From assembly GCA_002309885.1 (NCBI GenBank), contig DBYP01000012.1, positions 1-62,396 on the forward strand: DNA of 62,396 bases, in the 5' to 3' direction. The notes under the pieces are model-generated. The model did not search any database and was not told the DNA's origin. It saw nothing but the letters and a program-made list of their open reading frames with translations. Of the stretch, positions 54,931-62,396 are shown one piece after another; within the stretch, counting starts at the first letter, position 1, and each line of letters begins with the position of its first letter. Origin of the DNA: Verrucomicrobia bacterium UBA1183. GTDB taxonomy: Bacteria; Verrucomicrobiota; Verrucomicrobiia; Opitutales; UBA9783. The position numbers and the translations under genes were made by a program.

Positions 54931-56040
54931 CTATTTTGTTACATTAAATTTAAAGAGCGTAACATCACCTTCTTGGAATACGTAATCTTTACCTTCAAGC
55001 CGCAATTTGCCTTTTTCGCGCGCACCTAAAAAGCCACCGTAGGCCACAAAGTCTTCGTAGGAAACCACTTCCGCTTTAATGAAACCTTTTTGAAAATCCG
55101 TATGAATGATGCCGGCGCATTCAGGAGCCGTCATGCCGCGTTTGAACGTCCATGCACGCGCTTCTTGCACGCCTGCCGTAAAATACGAAGCCAATCCTAG
55201 CAATTTATAGGCGCTCTGGATGAGATGATTTACGCCACTATCGTTCAGACCCAATGAAGCCAAGTACTCGGAAGCTTCTTCGGAAGGCAGATCTGCAAGC
55301 TCTGATTCTAAGCGTGCCGAAAGCATACAATAGCCCGCTTGTGTGGATTGCGCCAAATGTTTTTTTACCGCCAAAACGTAATCATTTTCTTTGCCGGATT
55401 GCAAATCATCTTCGGAAACATTACATACGTAAAGCGTTGGCTTTTGGGTCAATAAGCACAGCTGTTTAGCCAAAGGTTTTTCTTCTTCCTCCAATGGGAA
55501 TGTGATGGCAGGCTGACCTTTATTCAAGTGCTCCAGCAAGCGTTGCAAAAGATGATGCATGGCAACCGCTTCCTTTTCAGCTGACTTAGCTTTCTTGCCC
55601 CAACGCTCGACTTGCTGTTCTACCGACTGAACATCTGCCAAAAGCAGTTCTGTATTGATAACATCGATATCACGTACTGGATCGACGTTGCCCATGTTGT
55701 GCAGAATATCGTCATCGTCAAAGCAGCGCACGACTTGGACGATGGCATCCACTTCACGAATGTTAGCCAAAAATTGATTTCCTAGTCCTTCGCCTTTGTA
55801 CGCACCTTTTACTAAACCCGCAATGTCTACGAACTCGATTGCTGCTGGAACAATTTTCTCCGTATGTACCAGCTTCGCCAGCACATTCAGCCGGCTATCC
55901 GGAACTTCCACAATTCCCACGTTGGGTTCGATCGTACAGAAAGGATAATTCGCCGCTTCAGCCTTGTGCGTACGTGTCACCGCATTAAACAATGTGCTCT
56001 TCCCAACATTCGGTAAACCAACAATTCCTGCTTTTAACAT
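54931..56040 (-). CDS. ychF: ribosome-binding ATPase YchF
   Basis: [27 protein letters not shown] and a C-terminal TGS-like domain. 369 aa. Confidence 0.92.
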   Translation of the reverse strand: MLKAGIVGLPNVGKSTLFNAVTRTHKAEAANYPFCTIEPNVGIVEVPDSRLNVLAKLVHTEKIVPAAIEFVDIAGLVKGAYKGEGLGNQFLANIREVDAIVQVVRCFDDDDILHNMGNVDPVRDIDVINTELLLADVQSVEQQVERWGKKAKSAEKEAVAMHHLLQRLLEHLNKGQPAITFPLEEEEKPLAKQLCLLTQKPTLYVCNVSEDDLQSGKENDYVLAVKKHLAQSTQAGYCMLSARLESELADLPSEEASEYLASLGLNDSGVNHLIQSAYKLLGLASYFTAGVQEARAWTFKRGMTAPECAGIIHTDFQKGFIKAEVVSYEDFVAYGGFLGAREKGKLRLEGKDYVFQEGDVTLFKFNVTK

Positions 56041-56132
56041 ATGCTCTATACTTAAGCTCTTTTTTCAAAAAAGGAAATTTAAAAGTTAAGGAATGTGTCT
56101 CCGGAAAATTCGGACGACCAATACTTTGCCAG

Positions 56133-56262
56133 ATTTTTACAAAAAAGGCCCCAAACGCTCCTAAAAGCAAGGCAGAGGTCCTGCACCCCAATCATTTTGC
56201 AACATTGTTGCAAAATTATAAAGGTTTTTGAGGGTTTAAGGGAACTTTTTTCAAAAAGTTCT
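56133..56262. repeat. ~120-bp palindromic intergenic repeat, copy 2
   Basis: TTTTTACAAAAAAGGCCCCAAACGCTCCTAAAAGCAAGGCAGAGGTCCTGCACCCC...TTGCAACATTGTTGCAAAATTATAAAGGTTTTTGAGGGTTTAAGGGAACTTTTTTCAAAAAGTT is colinear with 44041-44160. Confidence 0.65.
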
Positions 56263-56635
56263 CTTAGGGTTTATGCTTTTATAACTCTTTATCTCCTGTA
56301 GACACACGCTAATTTGTCCAGAAAACGATTCCACCATGAAATTTTTTGAGTTTTGCAAGAGGTCTATTGTCTACTTTGTGTATAAAAAAATAGAAGCCGT
56401 TGGTGTTTATTCCTCGCAATTGTTAAGAGTATCGGACTTCTTTTGGTTTATAGAGGATAATTTGTTTTGAACGCGAAATCAGAACTAGACATAATATATA
56501 TTATGCGAAAAACAATACGCGTGGGTTGATTCCATGGTCTTGTGTGGAACGTCAGATAGACATCTTACAATAGACATCTTACAAAAGTCCGTTACAAAAT
56601 TTTGCAAGATATCGAGTCTGATTAGCTACTTGCAA

Positions 56636-57184
56636 TTAAGGTAAGGTTTTAGGTTGGGCTTTTTTAAAAAATGGATTGACTTTTTCTAAGGGAACTTCTT
56701 CGAATCCCTCAAAGTACAGTAAGACGATATTGGCTAAAAAAACGTTGCTATTTGAGTAATAATCTTCGACATAATTTTCGGCATAATCATCCTTTATGTC
56801 AAAAATTTCTCTATTATTGGAAATAATTTTCTTTAGATATTTTTCTAAATTGGAAGCTAATTGCGGAATTTGATCTTCAGTAAAAAGGATGCTGCAGTAC
56901 TCAGTTATTAAACAACAAAAGGTAAATTCTAACATTTCACGTTCATTTAGAGATTCAGGGATGTTTTTAAGTAAAGCTTCTACGGGATCGAACATTATTT
57001 TTGTGCTATAATCGGGAACGCCCAAGGGATACCATATCTTTGAGTGAACTTTTAACATGTGATAAAATTCCTTATTGAAACACAAACAATAGTAGTTTTC
57101 GGCATATATTTTTGCATGGGAAATGCCTACAAGCCATAATATACATACCATCTTTATGTTGGATAGTGAAAATAAATTCCTCAT
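56636..57184 (-). CDS. hypothetical secreted protein downstream of sctV
   Basis: ORF 56636..57229. The likely start is ATG 57184 (MRNLFSLSNIKMVCILWLVGISHA). No motif. Confidence 0.5.
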   Translation of the reverse strand: MRNLFSLSNIKMVCILWLVGISHAKIYAENYYCLCFNKEFYHMLKVHSKIWYPLGVPDYSTKIMFDPVEALLKNIPESLNEREMLEFTFCCLITEYCSILFTEDQIPQLASNLEKYLKKIISNNREIFDIKDDYAENYVEDYYSNSNVFLANIVLLYFEGFEEVPLEKVNPFFKKAQPKTLP

Positions 57185-57209
57185 AATGGGAGGCTCCTGG
57201 GAACAATTT

Positions 57210-59300
57210 TTATATGTGTATTTTGCCAAGGGGTCTTATGGTGATTTCCTCAGTTAGTTCTTGGTGCGATAGAACCGGAAGTTCATACACTTCCATTTCG
57301 ATCAACTTTCGAACATAACGGCGGATATCCATAGAAGTTAGCAAAACGGGGCGATGTTCTCGAAGCGCCAAATCTCCGACTTCTTCCTTAACGGCTTTTA
57401 CAATTTTCTTTGCAGAAGGTGGATCTAGAGCCAAATAGCTGCCAGCGGAAGTTTGTCGGATAGCTTTACGCACCATTTCTTCGATTTTGGGATCTAAAAG
57501 ATATACCGAAAGCACATTGCGACCACCGCTGAATTTGTAACTGATGTAACGCCGAAGCGTTGATCGAACGTAATCTGCCAATAAAACGGGTTCTTTTTCT
57601 TTTTGTCCCCAATCGATAAGGCACTGGAAAATACTTTTCAAATTACGAATCGATATTTCTTCTTGTACCAAACGCTGAAATATTTCCGTAATTTTTTGTA
57701 TAGGCAAAACGCGCTGAACTTCCTTAACAATTTCTGGGAATTCCTGTTCCATGTTTTCCATAAGGAATTTGCATTCTTGGATGCCCAAAAAGTCGCTTGC
57801 GTAGCGTTTTAAAATATAGGATAGGTGGTGCGTTAAAATTTGTGGTGTGCGCATATAAGCCACATTAGCATCGTCCAAAATAGAAATTTCTTCGTTAGGA
57901 ACCCACAACGGAAGTATATGCGGAATGTTGCTTTCTTCCTCAACAACATGTACGCCCAACATTTCCAAATTTTCTTTTGTTTCGCGAGCAATGACGTGAT
58001 TAGGGATCAACTTGCCCTGAGCAATTGGAACTTCATTTACAAGAATCCGATAGGCGTTTTGGGGCAAAGAACCATTGAAGCGCAAATGGATACCTGGGAA
58101 GGGAACGCCCAAATCATGATACAAAGCACGACGTACCTGGATCAATTGTTCATTCAGTACGTCAGGCTCGATGGTATCTTCGATCGAGCGTTCGACATCA
58201 AGTAGTAAAGGAGTAGCAAGAGAAAATTCATTCCCTGTATTACTTTCAGTAGGTTCTGGGGTAACTTCGGGAGCTTTGTGCTGTGATTTTTGTGGTGTAC
58301 GGCTTTTCTTAGGTGTGTTGTTGCGCGCAAAATTTAATGAGTAACCGATACCTAAGATAAGGATGGCTAATATCAAGAAAGGCAATTTGGGGAACCCCGG
58401 CATAAGCATCAAGCCAATAACCATAACGCCACCTACAAGTAACGCCTTGGGTTGTCCTAAAACTTGTGAACCGATATCGCGTCCCAAAATGGCACCTTCA
58501 GCGGATCCGACTTTAGTAACGATAATACCAGATGTGATGGATACCAACAAAGAAGGAATAGACGATACAAGACCATCACCAATCGTTAAAATGGAATACG
58601 TCGTAACCGCCTTACCCAACTCCATATTTTTTTGAGAAACACCAATGATAATACCGGCAACGACGTTAATAGCAGTAATAATTAAGCCAGCAATGGAGTC
58701 CCCTTTTACGAACTTCATAGCACCATCCATAGCACCATAAAGCTGGCTCTCACGTTCCAAATTGGAACGGCGACGCTTAGCTTCATCCATATCGATGGTA
58801 CCTGCGCGCATATCGGCATCAATACTCATCTGCTTTCCGGGCATAGCATCCAAAGTAAAACGGGCGGCAACTTCAGCAACACGCTCAGCACCTTTGGTGA
58901 TGACCAAGAAATTTACAATCAGCAAAATTAAGAACACAACCGCGCCGACAACGAAATTACCACCGACAACGAACTTTCCGAAGGTATAAATAATTTCACC
59001 TGCATTGGCATGCAGCAAAATCATTCGTGTAGTCGTTATGTTGAGGGCTAAGCGAAACAAAGTTGTGAACAGCAATAACGTTGGGAAGGTCGAAAATGCG
59101 AGTACATTGGGGATGTACAACGACATCATTAGAAGTACGACTGAAATGGTCAAGTTGAGTGCAATCAGCGCATCAACAAGATAGGAAGGCACCGGAACGA
59201 TCATCAAAGAGATGATGGTTACCACCAAAAAAGCTAGAACAACGTCGTTAAAACGCGAGTATTTGGTGATAATACGTTCTAGTGAAAAAGCCCAATTCAT
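57210..59300 (-). CDS. sctV: type III secretion export-apparatus gate protein SctV (YscV/LcrD/CdsV family)
   Basis: 696 aa. FGKFVVGGNFVVGAVVF, ITKGAERVAEVAARFTLDAMPGKQMSIDADMRAGTID, AMDGAMKFVKGDSIAGLII and a cytoplasmic C-domain. The MSIDADMRAG variant and the lack of flagellar neighbours favour an injectisome over FlhA. Confidence 0.88.
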   Translation of the reverse strand: MNWAFSLERIITKYSRFNDVVLAFLVVTIISLMIVPVPSYLVDALIALNLTISVVLLMMSLYIPNVLAFSTFPTLLLFTTLFRLALNITTTRMILLHANAGEIIYTFGKFVVGGNFVVGAVVFLILLIVNFLVITKGAERVAEVAARFTLDAMPGKQMSIDADMRAGTIDMDEAKRRRSNLERESQLYGAMDGAMKFVKGDSIAGLIITAINVVAGIIIGVSQKNMELGKAVTTYSILTIGDGLVSSIPSLLVSITSGIIVTKVGSAEGAILGRDIGSQVLGQPKALLVGGVMVIGLMLMPGFPKLPFLILAILILGIGYSLNFARNNTPKKSRTPQKSQHKAPEVTPEPTESNTGNEFSLATPLLLDVERSIEDTIEPDVLNEQLIQVRRALYHDLGVPFPGIHLRFNGSLPQNAYRILVNEVPIAQGKLIPNHVIARETKENLEMLGVHVVEEESNIPHILPLWVPNEEISILDDANVAYMRTPQILTHHLSYILKRYASDFLGIQECKFLMENMEQEFPEIVKEVQRVLPIQKITEIFQRLVQEEISIRNLKSIFQCLIDWGQKEKEPVLLADYVRSTLRRYISYKFSGGRNVLSVYLLDPKIEEMVRKAIRQTSAGSYLALDPPSAKKIVKAVKEEVGDLALREHRPVLLTSMDIRRYVRKLIEMEVYELPVLSHQELTEEITIRPLGKIHI

Positions 59301-59641
59301 AATCTAGTTTGCCTGAGTTTTAGGTACTTGTGCAACATTTCACGAGAAGCCTCCGTTTGCTTTAAATCCCAAAGAACTTTGCTCTGTATATAGAAAAATA
59401 CAATGGTTTGCTCTATCGTTAGATCCTTTTCCGGAATCGATTTCAAAACCTTTAAGGCTTCATCCAAATGTTGCGCCCTATGTAAGCATACCGTCAATGC
59501 TAATGCGATCTTATTGTCCTTCGGATTGTGAAGCCGCAATATGCGAAACAGGTGAAGCGCCATATCATATTTGCACTGCTGCATGTATAAATATGCTAGC
59601 AGATACAAAAACTTAGTTTGTGCTCCACCCAAATTCTCCAT
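59297..59641 (-). CDS. small TPR-like protein, SctY/YscY-like T3SS chaperone candidate
   Basis: 114 aa with helical TPR-like repeats (LLAYLYMQQCKYDMALHLFRILRLHNPKDNKIALALTVCLHRAQHLDEALKVL). Overlaps the sctV start by 4 nt. It has the same size and position as YscY/Pcr4 upstream of yscV/pcrD. Confidence 0.45.
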   Translation of the reverse strand: MENLGGAQTKFLYLLAYLYMQQCKYDMALHLFRILRLHNPKDNKIALALTVCLHRAQHLDEALKVLKSIPEKDLTIEQTIVFFYIQSKVLWDLKQTEASREMLHKYLKLRQTRL

Positions 59642-59722
59642 ACATGTATTCTATAGTTTTCAAACCGAAATGTAAACAGAAAATGAATTATGCGCAGAAA
59701 AATTTTTGAAAGATGGAAGTCA

Positions 59723-60301
59723 TTATGGTTGGCAAAATTCCTTAAGAAATGAACTTAGAGGAGTTTTTGTTTCCGGTTTTCCAAATTCTTTCAATATGTT
59801 TTTCAACATATCCTCTTGTTCATCAATTTTACCATTTGCCTCATTAATACCTGTTTGCGCTGCCTCCCTGTTTACCTTGTCTTTGGCGTTTACTAAATTA
59901 AATTTAGCTTGTGCTAAATCAAGTTTGGCTTTTGCTAGGCGAAGTTTGGCATCACTCAAAACACATTGGTTTCTATCTTTAGGAACCAAATTTTGTACAC
60001 CATCATTCACAGCTTCAGCTAGTGAATGCTCAAAAAGCGCTAGTTTCAAATCAAAAGAAGCTTGTTTTCTTGCAAAATTTCTTTCAGACATCAATTTTTT
60101 AGAGGCGGCTTCTTGTAATTCTTTCAACGCGCTGGTAACATCCTCCTGACAATCTTTAACACCTTGCATATCATAGCTAGGAAGATTTCCCCTCAACTGT
60201 TCTAGGTTAAGGTTCAATTTCGCCAAATTGATTTTAGCCCATGCCAATGTTCTTGCTTTATCGCCCTTTGCGTTTTCTAATTGTAATTGCGCGTTTTCCA
60301 A
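59723..60301 (-). CDS. coiled-coil hypothetical protein (possible T3SS substrate)
   Basis: 192 aa with repetitive AK..LA.AK.NL heptad-like segments (LAWAKINLAKLNLNLEQL, LRLAKAKLDLAQAKFNLVNAK). No signal peptide. Confidence 0.5.
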   Translation of the reverse strand: MENAQLQLENAKGDKARTLAWAKINLAKLNLNLEQLRGNLPSYDMQGVKDCQEDVTSALKELQEAASKKLMSERNFARKQASFDLKLALFEHSLAEAVNDGVQNLVPKDRNQCVLSDAKLRLAKAKLDLAQAKFNLVNAKDKVNREAAQTGINEANGKIDEQEDMLKNILKEFGKPETKTPLSSFLKEFCQP

Positions 60302-60344
60302 TTCCTGGGTTGCTTTGGCTATTTCATTTCACTTTTTTTCTTTT

Positions 60345-62003
60345 TCAATTTGCGTTTTTAGGTTGGGATTCCGTTTCTAGAATAAGCTGGTAATTTTCTT
60401 TGGAGACAGGTATATTCATTCCTTTTGGCGGAATTTGCCCCTCAATATAAATCTGTTTTTTCAGTTGCTTTAGACCTTCTGGACATTCTTCAGCCCAATT
60501 TTTGAATGAATCCGTTCCTTCCAAAAACGCAATAAAACCATAACTTGCTGTGTTTTTATATGACGGATCTATTTTTACGAAACTCTTGATGTTTTCTTTG
60601 GCTATTTCACGTTTTTCAGGATCGGAAAATAAATCTCTTAATGCGCTAGGGATCTCCTTTGGACGATCTTCAATAACCTTTCCTTTTGTTCCTGCATAAT
60701 TCGGACATTGGGCATCGGGATTCGAACTCTTTTGAACAAGATATTCATTAAAAATTCTAAAAAGCCTTGCTATTTGAGACATGGATATTCTGTCCTCAGG
60801 TTTATACTTTAAGCAATCTTCCAAAAGCGATCCATAAAAATTGCGTTCTTCAGGTGTTCCGAGAGAGTTTAGGCTTTCAATGAAAGCTTTTACACCAAGA
60901 ACCTTTTCCCCATTCAAATCGCCTCCTACGGTGATATCGAAATCGTTGGGCCGTGCTTTACTAATAATTGTTTCGCAATATTTTTCTAACCGTACTTTAT
61001 CGCTGTCTTCCCCGTTTTTTCCATTATCATTTTTTACCTCTTTTGTTAACGCTAATGCCAAAGACAATCCAAATGAAAAAACGTCACGCGAGGTAGCAAA
61101 TCCTTGAACTTTTCTTCCATTAAAAGCTTCAGGCGCAGCATATTCTTCTGTTTGGCTGATAAATTTAGGTTTATCTTCTGTTAAAAAAATGAGCGTTTCT
61201 AAATCGATAATTTTTAACTCATCCCCATCAACAAACATATTTTCAGGTTTTATATCGGCAACAATAGTGCCTAATTCATGAAAATATGCATAAGTTAATG
61301 CAGCTTGTTCAAAATATCTACATAGTTGGTCGGGTGCTATTTTTTCACATTTACCAAGCTCTGTTCCTTGAACTCTTGCAAAAACTAGTACTTTCTTTTG
61401 CCCATCAATTTCATTAGGATCAGCGTATTGATAATATCCAAAATATGGAACGAGCCCCTTGGGACTTATATCATCATTCCGATAAAGTGCATTTTTACCA
61501 AATTTTCTTAGGCTCTCAAGAAGACTTTCATTAGCACGTATATCAGGACTATCAGAAGAGTCCTTTAAGACTTTCAGCGCAAATCTTTTTCCGTCTAACT
61601 CAGCAGAATATACATCTCCACTACCTCCACTACCTAAAAGAGTGGTTGTTTTGTTATCTTCGTTATATTTTTTAAGTCTGCTGAAATCATCTTCGGTAAA
61701 ATGGCTATCACAGAGATCAATATAATCCTTGAGTAATTTTCGTGTGTCTTCAGGAAGTGATGTGTTTTCTAAAGCATCTTTTGATAGAGTCCCGCTGCTC
61801 AACTGATCTCGCAAATTTTCCAAAGCGACTTTTCTACCACCAAAACCATGGAAAACACTGGAAAAACTAATTCTTTCATTCAATTTTTTTGCGATATCCG
61901 TTTGAAGTTTTTTCAAAGCTATGGCGCTTCGAATTTCTTTGTACTCAGAAAACGAAATGGGGGGTTCTGTTGCTCTATTTTGTGTTAAATTGTTTATGCT
62001 CAT
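60345..62003 (-). CDS. eukaryote-like Ser/Thr protein kinase (Hanks-type) with atypical catalytic-loop motifs
   Basis: LLGSGGSGDVYSAELDGKRFALKVLK (G-loop plus VAIK-like Lys), IVADIKPENMFV (catalytic loop, HRD replaced by VAD), IIDLETL (DFG replaced by DLE) and YAAPEAF (APE). No signal peptide. Confidence 0.8.
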   Translation of the reverse strand: MSINNLTQNRATEPPISFSEYKEIRSAIALKKLQTDIAKKLNERISFSSVFHGFGGRKVALENLRDQLSSGTLSKDALENTSLPEDTRKLLKDYIDLCDSHFTEDDFSRLKKYNEDNKTTTLLGSGGSGDVYSAELDGKRFALKVLKDSSDSPDIRANESLLESLRKFGKNALYRNDDISPKGLVPYFGYYQYADPNEIDGQKKVLVFARVQGTELGKCEKIAPDQLCRYFEQAALTYAYFHELGTIVADIKPENMFVDGDELKIIDLETLIFLTEDKPKFISQTEEYAAPEAFNGRKVQGFATSRDVFSFGLSLALALTKEVKNDNGKNGEDSDKVRLEKYCETIISKARPNDFDITVGGDLNGEKVLGVKAFIESLNSLGTPEERNFYGSLLEDCLKYKPEDRISMSQIARLFRIFNEYLVQKSSNPDAQCPNYAGTKGKVIEDRPKEIPSALRDLFSDPEKREIAKENIKSFVKIDPSYKNTASYGFIAFLEGTDSFKNWAEECPEGLKQLKKQIYIEGQIPPKGMNIPVSKENYQLILETESQPKNAN

Positions 62004-62055
62004 AGTACTTTATATAATCGGCACTTTTTTAAAAAACTTTAGCTAAAAAAACACA

Positions 62056-62189
62056 TTCAACTTTGAAGTGCAACCCCTAAGCTCGAAAAAGAACCGCGAA
62101 GCTGGGGATGCGAAGCCCAAGCATTTTCTAGGTCTAGTGTTAATTTTTTGTCGGCAATCCGCGAGGTATGCTGTGGTGTAAATAGCTTT
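62056..62189 (-). mobile_element. IS30 3'-end fragment truncated by IS1595 insertion
   Basis: Colinear with 20438-20575 (terminal repeat plus transposase C-terminal codons). It ends abruptly at the IS1595 inverted repeat. Confidence 0.8.
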
Positions 62190-62396
62190 GGTTCTTGACA
62201 AGATTAGGCTAATGATTTAACCATAATAATCAGTCTAAATGCATAAAAACAAATACATAAAACATACGCACATTTCTGAGCGAAAATTTCGAGAAATATT
62301 GCAGCTATTTTGTGCGGATTTAACGTCGACACAAATAGCCGAGGTGGCAAAAATAAGTCGCAACACAATCAATCGGATTTTGCAATTATTGCGGAA
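62190..62396 (+). mobile_element. second IS1595-family copy, partial (runs off window end)
   Basis: GGTTCTTGACAAGATTAGGCTAATGATTTAACCATAATAATCAG... matches 22999 onward at roughly 90% by eye. The transposase ORF starts at ATG 62239 (MHKNKYIKHTHISERKFREILQLFCADLTSTQIAEVAKISRNTINRILQLLR...). Confidence 0.85.

Noticed and set aside
56557-56584. Perfect 14-bp tandem duplication TAGACATCTTACAA x2 downstream of ORF 56636
   Set aside because: It is real in the sequence, but a single duplication in an intergenic AT-rich region is most simply replication slippage. No functional inference is possible.
57210-59300. Alternative call as flagellar FlhA
   Set aside because: There are no flagellar genes nearby. 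An SctY-sized TPR ORF is coupled upstream, and the LDAMPGKQMSIDADMRAG variant resembles LcrD/YscV. This was kept as sctV, although only phylogeny can settle it.

Overview
This is a low-GC (roughly 38-40% by eye), heavily mosaic bacterial chromosome segment. It carries a T3SS export-gate gene (sctV) with a small TPR chaperone-like ORF, a eukaryote-like Ser/Thr kinase, an OTU-type cysteine protease, a Fic protein, a complete T2SS block and a lot of IS debris. That content suggests a host- or amoeba-associated bacterium, possibly Chlamydiota-like, but this is inference only.

Layout:
1. 1-12.05 kb: a decayed integrative island. It holds two tyrosine-recombinase genes or fragments, DUF3987-like and primase-polymerase pseudogenes, secreted hypotheticals, an HExxH+OTU protein, an IS200-derived MITE, an EcoRI-family adenine methyltransferase translationally coupled to a DUF262(ParB-like)-HNH nuclease plus a mini-SSB, two inverted clusters of TGTGAC repeats, and a tRNA-Met-like 3' fragment.
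2. 12.6-20.2 kb: a secreted GH13 enzyme, a Fic protein, a cysC-methyltransferase-cysQ operon and a TagF-like transferase.
3. 18.3-24.3 kb: an IS graveyard with IS1595-like, IS30 and IS5-like elements nested in one another.
4. 24.5-35.6 kb: two tandem coiled-coil paralogues, followed by a polymorphic-toxin locus. The locus contains a roughly 2400-aa beta-helical exoprotein with a PT-TG pre-toxin module and a colicin-E3-like tip, an immunity candidate, and an orphan toxin cassette with a 430-bp homology tract. An IS200 element cuts the downstream ORF.
5. 35.6-44 kb: housekeeping genes (psd, amino-acid ABC transporter, tRNA-Gly, sugar aminotransferase and transferase, SulP, an oppF-like ATPase).
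6. 44.2-54.9 kb: the T2SS block, in the order gspG-H-I-J-K-L-M-D-(PilP/GspC-like)-E-F.
7. ychF, then sctV, an SctY-like ORF, a coiled-coil ORF and the kinase. The window ends in an IS30 fragment cut by a second IS1595 copy.

All family calls rest on motif recognition by eye. No searches were run.
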